From NCBI GenBank assembly GCA_045837725.1, contig JBEWZL010000286.1, positions 1-63,332 of the forward strand: 63,332 nt of DNA, given 5' to 3'. Below the pieces are notes generated by a model. It worked only from the letters and a program-made list of their open reading frames with translations. It searched no databases and was not told the origin of the DNA. Below are positions 36,851 through 51,029 of the stretch, piece after piece. Both the position numbers and the translations under genes were made by a program. Source of the stretch: Vermamoeba vermiformis (Eukaryota). Position 1 is the first letter of the stretch. The number at the start of each line of letters is the position of its first letter.

Positions 36851-37313
36851 ATTAGTAAGAATATGTCAATGTACATACCGTGTATTATAATAAATATTAA
36901 CGTGAATAATAACAGGAAGGCTGCTCTGCCGAAATACGAAATTAGCCGGCTCATTTCAGCCGTCAGCGTGAGCTTAAACTTTTTTCGTTTTCGTTTTTTT
37001 GGTTGTAATATCGAAATCGCAGCCAAGCAATACGCAACAGAACGGCTTAAGAGGCTCTGCACGTTAGTGAATACTGTAAGTACACAACCTTTCTTTTGTT
37101 AAAAGTTACAGCTTGTGCTGAGTTCTGAAGTCTTCTGATAGAATGATTGAACTTTTAATACCATTAATTCGATATTTTTCTCTATCGGTATGCTTACGAC
37201 AGTCAACTAGCAAACAGTACATCTACGTAATCTTTTCGTGCTTGTGAATCGAAAAACTACATCCAATTTTTAGGATTTGTATACCTAATTTAATAATTAA
37301 TTCTGCAAAGGTT

Positions 37314-40300
37314 ATGGCACGTACCAAACTGCTCTTTACTGCTATTGCGTTGCTGGTCAGCTTAACTGTCGCGGATGTGGAATTCAAGTCTGCAACATTG
37401 TCAGCTCCAAGAGCAGGATTTTCAGCAATCGAAGCAGGATCCAAAGTCTATTTTATTGGTGGCTTCGAATACGGAGATCAGAGAGCAACAAGCACAATCG
37501 AAGTTTACGACTTGGTTGCACAGAACATGTCATCACCTCTTCAACTCAACACTTCTCGTGCCTTTATCACTCCAGTTGTTATCGAGCCAAATATTTACAT
37601 GATTGGCGGAATTTATTACACGACTCCGGCATTTGTGTACGATGCACAACAACGTCAATTCATCAATTACGGCAATGGACCTACTGTTGTTAATTCTTTG
37701 AAATCGGCTCTATTTGGTTCTCTATTGGCAAGAATTGGCGATAATGGAGTTGACATCCTTGACGCGCAGCAAGGTCGATGGATTGATACTACACCACTTC
37801 GCAAGTTATTAACCGACATGGCACTCTGTGCAATTTTCAGCGAAGAAGGAGTAGTGATAGTACTCGGCGGCGTCAATGTCACGACTGGTGTCTACTCAAG
37901 CTCAGCGTGGGTGTATGACATGTCTAGCGGCGACATGCACGAGTATGCCAACATTGTGCCTGAGCAATTTTTAGCAGCCAATGCCATCCAATCTTTTGGT
38001 TCTAATGGCGTGGTCGCTATCGACATAGGCAGTGCTGTTCTACTTCATCACTTGGGGCGACGAACTTGGAGATCCGTCACTTTTTCCCCCCTGTTGGAGG
38101 TGGTATCTTTACCCGACCTAACAATTCTGCGCAACATGTCTTCTTTGGCGACATTTAACTGGAGTGACACTACCGACCAATTAGTGTATGAAATCGCCTA
38201 CAATACCGATTTACAACATGTATTCGTTGTCAACAATACTGCCGTCTACGTCATACTACAACTTGGACAAATGGTTTTCTATATTTATCACGTCGATTTG
38301 CAAATGTGGGTTGCCATGCCAACATCAGCCCCGACGTTCACGGGTGTTAGAATCAGTGTTAACCTCGACTCTGGCTGGCATATATTCGCAACAACTTCCA
38401 ATTTGGTCTACGGCTACAACCCTACATTGGTCAAATTGTACCAAGTGCAGGACGTTACCTTTACGGGTGGAGTGAAAGCCCTCATTTCTGCCGAGGAGGC
38501 GGATCAAGTCTACATTATCGAAAATGGGCAAGTGACGAAGACACAATTCTCAGCCACAGGGGCTACAAGTTTGATTCAACAACAGCCTTGCGCAATAGTT
38601 CCTGTTGCTCGTATTGGCTCAGATTTCTTGGACTTACAAGGACGAGTTACAAGTGTTAACAACTTGACCCAAGTAATCGATTTTGCCTTCCCAACTCATG
38701 AGTTCATAAACAACGGTGAACAATTCGTGATTGTTATTAATAATCACCGGGACTCTGCTATGATGAATTACAAGCAAGTAGATATCTACAACTACGTCAC
38801 GAACGAGTGGGCCGATTCCATTGACCTGCCAATGGAGCTGACAGGTACTGTCGTGGTGAATTGGTTCTACTCAGCAGCAGCACTGGACAACAAACTCGTG
38901 GTGTGGATGTACAATGCGATGGCAGTCTATGATCCAATCACGAGCAACTGGACCACCTACACAAACTACACTCAGAGCCCGATCAACAACGACAAAACAG
39001 CCATTCATATTCCAGTCCCGACAGCACAGGGGTCAGCGTTCATGCGCACGGACAATAACACTATGGACGTATTTTCACCGAGTTTACTACCTGCCTGGAA
39101 CTCAACATCGCCTGCGCCTGAAGTTGAAGACACCATCACGTACAAATTTCAACAATGTTTAGTGCACAATGACAGTCAGCTGTTTATCACCAGTATCGCT
39201 GTGTCCCAAACTGGCATCAGCTACAACACGTTGTACATCTATAATGTGCACTCAGGCACGTGGGAATACCAGCAACTACCCAATGCGCTGACAGCGATCT
39301 CGATAATAGCGCTCGCGGGAGACTACTTGCTGTCAATGAACAATGGAATATTGAGCTACTGGGACTTGATTAACCGGAACTGGTACGATCAGGTGCTAGA
39401 CTTCAGATTGTCCAGTCCCGCAATTGCCCTCGAGACGAGCGCCAATGTCACTTTCATCGCTGGTGGCATCAACTCCTTCAACACTTATTCAAATGCACTC
39501 ATGGTCATTCCGCACAGTGCAATCACGATCAATGCACCAATATCAAACGGGGCCGCACCTACTGACCAACTCGCCCCATCATCTGGCCTAAGTGAAGGAG
39601 AGCTAATTGTCGTCATAGTCGTACCCGTGGCAGTAGTACTGATTGCTGGAGCCCTTCTGGTCTTCTTTTTAGTGCGAAGAAACAAGCGAAGAAGAAGACA
39701 AGGCAGCTCGAGCACAATTATTGGTCTCGCAGGCAAGTACGGACAATGGTTCATTCCTTTCGAGAGCATCAGGTTTGGTGATCAGCTCGGTCAAGGAGCA
39801 AGCGGACAAGTGTTTAAAGGCACGTGGAACAGCACAACAGTGGCACTCAAAGTGAGCATGACACAAGCAAACTCGACAGTGATTGGTGAACTCGAACTGA
39901 TGATGCAACTTCGACCACATCCAAATGTCATTCAATTGTTCGGATTCAGCGTGCATCCTGAGACTGACAGCATCATCTTGGTCATCGAGTACTGCAGCGG
40001 AGGGTCACTGGACGATGCTCTTTTTGATACCAAGCGGTCATTATCAGTGCAACAAAAGCTCTCGTGGCTCATCGGAATGGCAAAAGGTCTCGAACACTTG
40101 CACGCAAACAACATTGTGCATCGTGACATTGCAGCGAGAAATGTGTTGTTGCATCAGAACGAGCCCAAGATCACAGACTTTGGCATGTCACGACTGATGG
40201 ACTCAGACAAACAACGAGGCACAACAAAGTCCGAACTTGGACCCATTCGATGGATGGCACCTGAGTCACTCAAAAGCAAAGAGTATTCCAACAAGTCTGG

Positions 40301-40585
40301 TACGTGCTTCCGTGATTCTATGGTCATTCTTACTCATGTTATCGTGCAGATATCTGGTCGTTTGGTGTTCTGATGTTCGAAGTCATCGCACAAAGTGAGC
40401 CACACATCGATGCAGATCCAATCGAGATTGGTCGACTGATTCGTGACAACGGTCTCACTCCAACCATTCCATCTTCGTGCCCTTCAGAACTCGCACAACT
40501 GATGAAAGAGTGCTGGCACATGTCACCTGACAAGCGAATATCAATTGACGAGATTGTGCTTCAACTCGAAGCCATCAAAAATTAA
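37314..40585 (+). CDS. Receptor tyrosine-kinase-like protein with kelch-like ectodomain (copy 1)
   Basis: Signal peptide, kelch-like VYFIGG/YMIGG/FIAGG repeats, one TM helix, and kinase motifs GQGASG, HRDIAARN, DFG and PIRWMAPE. One intron (~40300-40349). Confidence 0.92.
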
Positions 40586-41104
40586 AGCGTGGATGTCCAG
40601 ATCCAGATCTTAACAGGCGATGGACTAATTAATTGGCGATTGCACTCGTCCCACTCCAAAGATGCGCAAGATTCAAATTGGCGCCAATACTGAAAACTGA
40701 AAATTCACGAACATCATTTCCAAAATAAACCTGTCAACAATGACGTTTGACACCAGCACGTTGCTTTATTTGAATTGATTCTTCGAACAAACGCACGGGA
40801 TAGGTGCAATTACTAGCTTCCTATTAGCGCAAAAGAATTGCGTTGCGGATTCAGATCTTTGGTGTCGATTTCATGGTGTTAACGGTGTTTTATTCCTGGC
40901 TATAGGTAAAACGGTAACGTGACAATTTTTATAAATGCAAAATGATTTAAATACGAATAATAAATTATTTCTGGTCATAATAATTTCAGGCTAATTCGAT
41001 TTGACATAATTAAATCAGACCTTCTGTTGAATACAGTGTAATTATCGAAGAGAAGATAACTTGCAATATCCGAGCACTATTAATAATTTTATTTAAGAGC
41101 AAAC

Positions 41105-44100
41105 ATGACAGCACTCAACAAACTGCTCTTCGCTACTATTGCATTGCTAGTCAGCATAACTGTCGCGGATGTGGAATTCGGGTCAACATTGTCAGCTCCA
41201 AGAGCAGGATTTTCAGCAATCGAAGCAGGATCAAAAGTCTATTTTATTGGTGGCTTCGAATACGGAGATCTGAGAGCAACAAGCACAATCGAAGTTTACG
41301 ACTTGGTTGCACAGAACATGTCATCACCTCTTCAACTCAACACTTCTCGTGCCTTTATCACTCCAGTTGTCATCGAACCAAATATTTACATGATTGGCGG
41401 AATAGACTACAGCAACCCTCCGTTTGTGTATGATTCGGCGCAACGTCTGTTCGTCAACTACACGACCGGCCCAACTGTAGCCAAACCACGTAGTCTAACT
41501 ATGCACAACTCTTATCTGTCCGTGATTGGCAGTAATGGAGTTGACGTATTTGACTTGCAACTCGGTGCTTGGAAAGACACTGCGCCACTCAGGACTGTAC
41601 TGTCCGAGTTGGCCAAGTACACCCTCTTCAGTACAGAAGGAGCTGTGATCGTCCTTGGAGGTGTCAACGTCGTGACAGATGTCATCTCGCACTCAGCGTG
41701 GGTGTACAACATTGCCGGTGGTGACTTGCAGGAGTATCCTAACCTGCTGCCGGCATCTTTAACATCATTGAATTCTGATTCAGATATCGCAATCACCGCG
41801 CTTGGGTCCGACGGAGTCATCACAATCGACGGAGCGGGTCTCGTACTGCTTCATCATTTGGAGCGGCGACAATGGCAAACATTCGAGTTCCCAGGCCTCG
41901 GTCGTGTACTCTCTTCATCGAATATGACCTTCCTGTTCAACAGTTCGATCGTAGCAGCATTTGATTGGAACACTAACGACGCTGTGTATGAAAATATCAC
42001 CGATTTAAGACACACATTCATGGCCAATGGTGTTGCAGTCTACCTCAAATTAGGCAACTCAAACACGCTGTTTCGCTTGTACAATCCCGACACGAGAGAA
42101 TGGAACACGACCAACATACTGCCAACCACGTTCTATTATGTTTCACCTAGCGTCACTCTCAAGTCTGGCTGGCACGTCTTCGTAACTCCAGCATCTGCCG
42201 TCTATGGCTATCATCCAGTGCTCAATGCGTTGCATCAATTAACGGATGCCGACACGGGATTTTACTTGAAGGATATCAAGGCACTGATCCCTGCCGAGGA
42301 GACAGACCAAGTATTTGTCTTTGAAAACGGCACAATAACTAAGACTCAGTTCACAGCCGCAGGCGTTACAAATCACATTAAGAAACAGAACTGCGCTGCT
42401 AACTTCGTACCCATTATTCGCTTTGGCTTGGACTTCTTAGACAAGGACGGTCGATTGATGAACTTGAACCGCTCAACCTTGGTTACATCACCGAATGTCA
42501 ACTTACTCAAGAAGTTAGCGACGTACAACGACGAGCACTTTGTTCTAATGGAAGGGGAGGAATCTAAGGACATTGGAGCGGTGAATTACAAGCAAGTAGA
42601 TGTCTACAACTACGTCACCAACGAGTGGACCGATTCAATTGACCTCCCAGTGGAGCTGACGGGTACTGTCGTGGTGAATTGGTTCTACTCAGCAGCAGCA
42701 CTGGACAACAAGCTCGTGGTGTGGATGTACAATGTGATGGCAGTCTATGATCCAATCACGAGCAACTGGACCACCTACACGAACTACACCGCGAGATTGA
42801 ACAACAGCACCAACGCAGATATTCATACTCCAGTCCCAACAGCACATGGATTGGCGTTTATACGCACAAACAACAGATCTTTGGACGTGTTCTATGCTGA
42901 TACACTGCCCTCATGGAACTCGACATCATTGGCACCGACAGTCGAACAACGCACGCAGTACAATCTGTTGCAATGCTTAGTGTACAATGACAGTCAGCTC
43001 TACATCACTGTACTTACCCCTGCAATCTTCAACACGTTGTACATCTACGACATTGCCACCGACACGTGGCAGTACACACAGTTGCCTAACGCAGTCAAAT
43101 CCGTGCCGACAATCGCTCTTGCTGGCAACTACTTGCTGTCCATGAATGAAGGCGTGTTGTCCTACATTGACCTAAGGACTGGAGTTGAAAGAAGCCAAAC
43201 TTTGAACTTCACTTTGAGCCCTGCTATTGTGCTTGAAACAAGTGCTAATGTCACTTTCATCGCTGGTGGCATCAACGGCTATGGCGCTTATTCAAATAGA
43301 CTAATGATTATCCCACACGAAGCTATTGCAGTTAATGTGCCTACCTCCAACGTTGCTCCATCAGAGCCGGGATCTGCCAGTCCCAGCGTCGGGAGATTGA
43401 GCGACGGCGAATTGGCGGTAGCAATCGTAGTGCCTGTTATTGTATTAATAGCTGCAGCCATTCTGGCCTTCTTTTTAGTGCGAAGAAACAAGCGAAGAAG
43501 AAGACAAGGCAGCTCCAACACAATGATTGGTCTCGCAGGCAAGTACGGACAATGGTTCATTCCTTTCGAGAGCATCAGGTTTGGTGATCAGCTCGGTCAA
43601 GGAGCGAGTGGACAAGTGTTCAAAGGCACGTGGAACAGCACAACAGTGGCACTCAAAGTGAGCATGACACAAGCAAACTCGACAGTGATCAGTGAACTCG
43701 AACTGATGATGCAACTTCGACCACATCCAAATGTCATTCAGTTGTTCGGATTCAGTGTGCATCCTGAGACTGACAGCATCATATTGGTCATCGAGTACTG
43801 CAACGGAGGGTCATTGGACGATGCTCTATTTGAGGTTAACCAAGAGATACCGTTGCAGCAAAAGCTGTTGTGGCTCCTTGGCATGGCAAAAGGTCTCGAG
43901 CACTTGCACGCAAACAACATTGTGCATCGTGACATTGCAGCGAGAAATGTGTTGTTGCATCAGAACGAGCCCAAGATCACAGACTTTGGCATGTCACGAC
44001 TGATGGACTCAGACAAACAACGAGGCACAACAAAGTCAGAACTTGGACCCATTCGATGGATGGCACCTGAGTCACTTAAAAACAAAGAGTACTCCAACAA

Positions 44101-44396
44101 GTCTGGTACGTGCTTACTCACCATTATATGGTCATTCGTACTCATACTGTCGTGCAGATATCTGGTCGTTTGGTGTTCTGATGTTCGAAGTCATCGCTCA
44201 AAGTGAGCCGCACATTGATGCAGATCCAATCGAGATTGGTCGACTGATTCGTGACAACGGTCTCACTCCAACCATTCCATCTTCATGTCCTTCAGAACTC
44301 GCACAACTGATGAAAGAGTGTTGGCGCATGTCACCTGACAAGCGAATATCAATTGAGAAGATTGTGCTTCAACTCGAAGCCATGCAAAATGTTTAA
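41105..44396 (+). CDS. Receptor tyrosine-kinase-like protein with kelch-like ectodomain (copy 2)
   Basis: Same architecture and same intron position as copy 1, with a near-identical kinase domain. Confidence 0.92.
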
Positions 44397-44460
44397 ACCA
44401 CAACGATTCTTGTAGCATTAAAGCTGTTTTAATACTTAGAAGGGACGAACACCGATGAGT

Positions 44461-46574
44461 TTAAGCAAAAGGCTTGTTGTTGAGGAAGGCAGTCAACATA
44501 GCCAAGGCGTTAGCGGGCTGATCCATGGGTACCATGTGACCAGCTTCGAAGACACGCAAGAAAGTCAAGCCCTGAGCGGTCTTGGAGGTACCAGCTTGCT
44601 TGCCCTTGACGTTCCAAGCGTTCTCAGGGGCCTTGTTGTAAGCATCCTACACGCGCACAGTACGTTAGTAACAGAGCGGAGATTAAGCGGCTCAAACATA
44701 CCTTGCCAGGCCAGTCCATATTGGCAACCCAACGTTGACCACCGATGTAGTTGCAGATGAAGTCCTTGTCACCGCTGTAGACTAAGACGCGGACATTAGC
44801 AGCCAAGATCTTAGGAACGTCAACGGCAAAGTTGCCAATCCAGTCGTCGAGGAGCATCGAGTAGACCTAATGGACATTATTAGAACCAAGCTCAATAGTC
44901 ATTAATTCCGTACCATCTTGTTGCACGAGGTCCATTGAGCCTTGGGTGAGACACCAAGGGCCTTTCTGACTTTATCTTGCTGTAAGAAACGTGAGAAACA
45001 GGACACAAGAGGTGACGAATGGTTCAACGTACAGCCAAGAACTTGGACAGAGGGTCAAAGTCGTAGCACAAAGGAGGATACTCGCAGGGAATACGAACGT
45101 CGTAGACCTTCATAGACGTTAAGAAAGACTTGGTTATGGAGTACACGAGGTACTGCTTACGTTGATTGATCGGCCAGCAGCAGCTTCAGCACCGAGCAAA
45201 GCACCCTTGGAATTTCATATTAGCGAGCGTCGAATCGCAGAAAAGTGCTTCTAACTTACTTCAAGAGCCAAGTTGCACTCTTCGAGAGCCAAAGGCCAAA
45301 CACCAGACAAGATCAAAAGCTCGCAAGCTGTCAAAAAAAGAGTTGGTTATGTTAACACGTGTCAAATATTTTTGCTCAGGGCGCTTACTAGGATAGAGCA
45401 CGTCGTCGTAGAGAAGCTTTTCAACTTCAGGCAAGAGACCGTTTTCGTAGAGCAAATCAGCGTTGGAGCCGTATTGGATGCGAGGATCGACCCAACCGTT
45501 ACCAATGCCAACACCTTGCAAGTTGAGGACGGGATTGCCACCCTTAGCATTGCCGTCAACAATACGAGCACCCTGTTGATAGTAGCCGATAAGCACATGA
45601 CCAAAACACGTTTGACATCACGTTACTTACAATAGCAGGGACGTAGTGTCCCGCGTAAGACTCGCCGATGATGAAGAAAGGCAACTTGCTGTATTGAGGG
45701 TATTGCGCAAAGAACTTTTGCAAGAACTACAGATGATAAAGGCCGTCAGTGACTATTTAACTGTACCTATAAGATGAGAATAGACGCACTTGGTACATGT
45801 CTTCAGCGACGCCAGTCTCGTCGGTCACGTAGTCAGAGTAGTGATCCGCATAAGAGAATCCAGTGCCGACAGGTTGATCGACGTACATGATATTAGCGTA
45901 GTTGTTCCAGCTGTAAGGATTGGTAGTGACGGTCATGTTCTGATCCATGAGGTAAGGTCCGTTTTCCTAATGAAAAAATAAGGCACGGATCTTCCGTTTC
46001 TATTATACTTACGTAGAACAAAGCCAATTGAGAAGAGCAACCAGGACCACCTAAAAATCGCATTTTAATTGACAGAGAAGCGTGGATTTCGAAAAGCAAA
46101 TCTGTTACCAGTCAACCACAAGACAAGAGGAGCGGTCTTAGGGTTATTTCGTGCTTCAAAGAACCAGTAGAAGATGTGAGTACCACTGTCAGTCAAAGTT
46201 CCATTGACGGTGACATAGCTGAAAGAAAAGTGTCAGATCCGTTCACCTATAACATCGAATATATCGTCATAATAATAAGACAATAATTTATATTATTTTA
46301 ACGAAGAATAGTCGTAAAATATTTCTGACATTTGTCATTTATCTAAAAATATCAATATTTGTTTATTGAGCTCAATTGCTTACCCAGAGTATTGTTGAAC
46401 CTTCTCAGGACCCTATATTAATTTGCAACAATGTTAAAATCCATCAACGATTATTTTACACGATGCTGAAGTTTGTTCCGGATTTGCTCGAGAAAAGATT
46501 CTTACCCAGCCGCCAGCAACGGCCAAAGCCACGCACAAAGCTGCAATAACCAAAGCAATCAACGATTTGTTCAT
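44461..46574 (-). CDS. Serine carboxypeptidase (S10, CPY-like), secreted
   Basis: [40 protein letters not shown] and [10 protein letters not shown] motifs, plus a signal peptide. Confidence 0.93.
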
Positions 46575-46699
46575 GTTTGGTCGCGTGTCTCAAAAAATAG
46601 ACATAAAAACATTCGCACAAAACTTTTATTTTCAAATCCACGCCTTCTACGAGTAACACGGCTCCACTTTTGTAAATATATTATTGACGCACTAGAGCC

Positions 46700-47491
46700 A
46701 TGGATTACTACGAAAACACTATGCCGAAGAACCCGTTGCCCGTTCCTTACGCGCACAAGAGATTCGTTTACGCTGAGAATGAAGATGATGACATAATTCA
46801 CGGCAGTAATTCGAGGAAAAAGAGGAAAATAATGGTAGAAGAGGATCCTAATGACAATTTAAGGACTTTTTATCAAGAGATCCGAGAGAAAGAAAAGGAA
46901 AAGAAAAATACAGAAAATAAAATTAATTCAGAAAATGCTGAGAACAGCACGGATACCAAGAAAAACAACGTAGATAATGAAGATGATAAGAGTCGATCAG
47001 ACAGTGAATTATCCAACAAACAATTTTTTTGTGAGAGATGCAACGATCACTTTTCTGATAGTAAAGACGATCATATTAAGTCACCAACGCATTTATTCAA
47101 CTTACAATACGAACCAACAGTTCATTTTGATATTCCACAGCATAACAAAGGCTACAAAATAATGCGCGAGAAATTGAACTGGGATGGCGAAAAAGGACTT
47201 GGCAAAGAACAACAAGGGCGATTATTTCCTATACCTACTGTATTAAAGAAAGATAGGCTTGGTTTAGGCAATCCTAACGAGGATAAACCGAGAATTACGC
47301 ATTCAGATCCGGCTAAAGTCAACGCGCCGATCAAGAGTCGAAAATACCAAAAGAAAGACGAAGATAAAAAGAATAAACGACGAAGGAAAACACCGGGCCA
47401 AAGAAAAAGAGAAGCAGCTGAACAAAAACGCGCTGCTAAGAGCATTCATTATGCCGTGTACAGCGATCTGGATTTGTCAAAATATTTGTAA
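46700..47491 (+). CDS. G-patch domain protein with zinc finger (GPANK1-like C-terminus)
   Basis: CERC...HIKSPTHLF finger followed by NKGYKIM...WDGEKGLGKEQQGRLFPI...DRLGLG. Confidence 0.85.
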   Translation: MDYYENTMPKNPLPVPYAHKRFVYAENEDDDIIHGSNSRKKRKIMVEEDPNDNLRTFYQEIREKEKEKKNTENKINSENAENSTDTKKNNVDNEDDKSRSDSELSNKQFFCERCNDHFSDSKDDHIKSPTHLFNLQYEPTVHFDIPQHNKGYKIMREKLNWDGEKGLGKEQQGRLFPIPTVLKKDRLGLGNPNEDKPRITHSDPAKVNAPIKSRKYQKKDEDKKNKRRRKTPGQRKREAAEQKRAAKSIHYAVYSDLDLSKYL

Positions 47492-47598
47492 ATAACCTCG
47501 CGAGTATTAGCAATTGTATTATAGTAAATAGTATTGACCTAGTATATGTTAATATATTAGGTCGTTTGAATCTAAATTATATTGTTTTTGGATGAATT

Positions 47599-49364
47599 TT
47601 ATTTTGACAGGATGGATCTGAGTTGCGTTGTTACATTATCCAAAAAAAGAATTGTATTATTAATAGTAGCCTTATAATTATCATCACTAGGGATATTTGA
47701 TGACAACATCTTTCTCAGTTTGGGCAAGATCCAACGTGCGTAGTTTTTAGCGAGGTGATTGTTGCTTCGTCCGTATTCATCCTACCAATAATTAATTTCC
47801 ATTTATAGTAATAAGTTATTTCTTGGAAGTTAAACTTACAGTTTTAGTGTTCATAATGCTGCTCTGAACAAATCCTATTTCATGTTGTAATGTACCCTCA
47901 GATGCATCGTCTAGACAAGGAAAATCAAAAATTAGGTATTAATAACGACATAAACAATATCTATATACATACTCCTAGTCATATCAATCGTGAAAACGTC
48001 GGTTGATTGCTGCTCAAGTTTGATCTGAATCCACTTCGAAAACAAAAATCTTCTGTACATCCTGTTTCATTATATAAATGTTAATTAATACTACCACGCA
48101 ATAATAATATTATAAGTACCATAAGGACTCGTGGCCAGCATGGCTAAGAATATAATCATGGTTGTCTTCAAGTTCGCGGATCCAAATCGGTTGCATATGC
48201 AGTTTGATCTTTTTATCGCTATTATTATCATTCTTATTGTCGTTGGTATTATCTTCTATATGCTGATTCTTCTCGTATTCTAAAAACAACTTCAAAATTT
48301 CTTCGCGATGGTGCCACGCACTGTAATCTGACAGCATTGTTTTATTCCATTGTTGAATCCATTTATAATCTTCTAGGTGCTATAAACATATTTGTAATCA
48401 ATATTATGTAGCAGGACGTTGGCTAGCGAAATAGTTCATGGAATTGGATTTAGGCGATCGAAATTCAAAGTCGCAAAGAAGGCAATAAATATGCATATAA
48501 TCTTACCGCTTTAATATCGGCATGCTGCAGACACCATAGGCGATGGCTCCAAGCATAATAATTGCGCACACGTGTTTTTGCAATTGTCGCGCACAACTCA
48601 AACTCTTTACTGCAGTCTTCTGTACTTAATATACGTGACTTCCATAGTCTTTCTAACACCCATCGACTACGGAATAATTAATATGGTACCTTTAAAGGCT
48701 TTTATCGAGATCTATTACCGGTGAGCCCAAGTTTCAGTGCTTTTTTTGTGCTTTGTAAGCATTAACGAGGAAAATAGCACTTCTTCATCAAGTGCAATAT
48801 GGTTTTGCAGTATTAATTGTTTTCTGCGAATTATTAGCGGTTGAAAAGCGAATGTAGCTGAAAAAATCTTTACCTTTGATTCCACGCAGTATAGTTATCT
48901 CCATTAACAATCAATAGGCTTCGCAAAATTTTCTTAAATATATTTACATTATTTACATCTATAAATCGATTAGTTTAGCTAATCAGCAATCAGTAAAATC
49001 TTACCGATCTGTTCTCCTCCGTTTTTTTGTTTATAATTTTGGTATTTTTCGTTAGCAACACGAGCGATACGAGGCAGTATCATATAGCTAATTCCAAGCT
49101 TATGCTCGCAGAGAAAAAAATATTGATTGAACGGAGCCTCGATCTGATTTTGATTTTCAAGCCCGCTTTGCTGTATTGAAACTAAGAAACCGATCTCATC
49201 ACTGAAATATTCGTATTAGTCAATAAGATAACTCCGGATAATGATTCGTCGCCGTAACAACTAACTTACATTTGAGAATCGGTGACATCTAGAATTTCAT
49301 TTAACTTTTCATAAAGCTCCTCGCCTGAAATATCAGTATGAGGGCTTGTCGATGTGTTGCTCAT
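47599..49364 (-). CDS. PTAR1: Protein prenyltransferase alpha-subunit repeat protein
   Basis: NGDNYTAWNQR, KSTETWAHR, RNYYAWSHR, SDYSAWHHR and GHESLWY PFTA repeats. Confidence 0.85.
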
Positions 49365-49767
49365 TATTATACAATAATTAAATCGACGGTTAAAGTTACC
49401 AATTGGAAATTCGCGATTTTTTGGTGAGTTACGTTTGAAATTTGAATTAATAATGTTCCCAAATCAAATCTTATTCATTGTTTCAGTCTTAAAGTCGTTC
49501 TTACGGCGGATTTAAAATATCGGAGCGGATGTCTCGTGAAAACACGTCACGCGAAGTTTAAAACAATTCCTAAATTGTCGGGGTCGTTCTCAAAATCGAC
49601 GGCTAGCATGACTGTTCCTTCCTAATATGTACATTAGGCCCGCTCCGAGAGGAAGCGACATCACGTGAGCCGCTCTCCGGGGAGGCACGAAAAAGGGAAA
49701 TATTTCTTGTCGTTGATTTTCATTACGCTCAATTCCGCAATTATCCTACCACACAAGCCAAGTAACA

Positions 49768-51029
49768 ATGACTCAACCTCAAGCTGCCGTGCCTGAAATT
49801 AAGGTCAAGGTCGAAGCTGGTGACTTTGAAGAACACATCTTCGAAACCAAGGGCAACGTCGAGACTCATATGCGTTATGCCGACACGAAGCACATCAAGG
49901 AAGTTAGAGAACAGAATAAGGAGCGCTTGGTCGAGTCTTGCACCTCTGTGATCGAGTGTTTGGGAGAAGATCTTAACCGGTATGAAAATCATTTCGGAGT
50001 TTTTAATTTAGATTTTTACACCTTTAATATGCGTTCTAAATCAGTACGGTGGCTTTTTAAACGAGAAAGTTTTACTCCGGGAGTTATTACGCTGAAGAAC
50101 GTTCTGGATCTGTAATTTGCTCACGAAAATTTCGGAACACTCAATTTTTAGCTTTAATTAAATCATTTAATATTATGATTAATATAATCGATAACATTCT
50201 CGAAATTCACCTGTTCATTAACGCATCTCGGTTAGTTCGGTGAAGTTTCTAATTTATCCTTTCTTCTTAGTGAAGGCTTGCAAAAGACTCCGGAACGAAT
50301 GGCAAAGGCATTGCAATTTTTTACTTCAGGTTACGAGAAAAATCTTGATGGTAAGAATTCTAGAACCTGCTTCGATCTCGCGATCTTCCATTGCGAAACT
50401 TAAACTCATTCAAGTTTAAATTACGATTTTGCATCAATAATATTGCATATTTTTTGATACTGTTGTTATTTGAATCACACTAACGCGTGGCGATTTTTTC
50501 TAGATGTGGTGAACGGAGCGGTGTTTTCAATTGATTCGGACGATATGGTGATTATCCGCGACATTGATATCTTCTCCATGTGCGAGCACCACTTGGTTCC
50601 GTTCCATGGTAAACTTCACGTTGGATACATTCCTAATGGTAAAGTGCTGGGCCTCAGCAAAGTAGCTCGTATTGCCGAGATCTTCTCTCGCCGATTACAA
50701 GTCCAGGAGCGATTAACTCGACAAATTGCCGAGGCTATTGTTCAAGCAGTCAATCCTGCTGGTTGTGGTGTTATTATCGAGTGCAGGTAAGGATGAAGTT
50801 TTGAACAAGAAGATCTTGTTTTTTCATTCAAAATTCGCCTTATTATTTCTTGATTGAACATCTTTAATTAATATTACTACTTAATAGTCATATGTGCATG
50901 GTTATGCGTGGAGTAGAAAAGACGAGCGCGAATACTGTCACCAGTGCAATGGCTGGCAGTTTTAGAGATGACCAAAAGACTCGCCGAGAGTTCTTGAGCT
51001 TGGTTGCTAAGGGCACTTTGTACAAATAA
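49768..51029 (+). CDS. GCH1: GTP cyclohydrolase I
   Basis: [42 protein letters not shown] and HMCMVMRGV. Confidence 0.97.

Noticed and set aside
36787-37102. ORFs downstream of the RhoGAP gene
   Set aside because: AT-rich intergenic composition and no recognisable protein features.
49607-49703. Hammerhead ribozyme, THF-II riboswitch or U3 snoRNA
   Set aside because: No CUGANGA core, no UCAACUC junction, and no box C/D pair.
5908-51029. Cofactor gene cluster (menA, MMADHC, GCH1)
   Set aside because: The genes are 19-23 kb apart and separated by unrelated genes.
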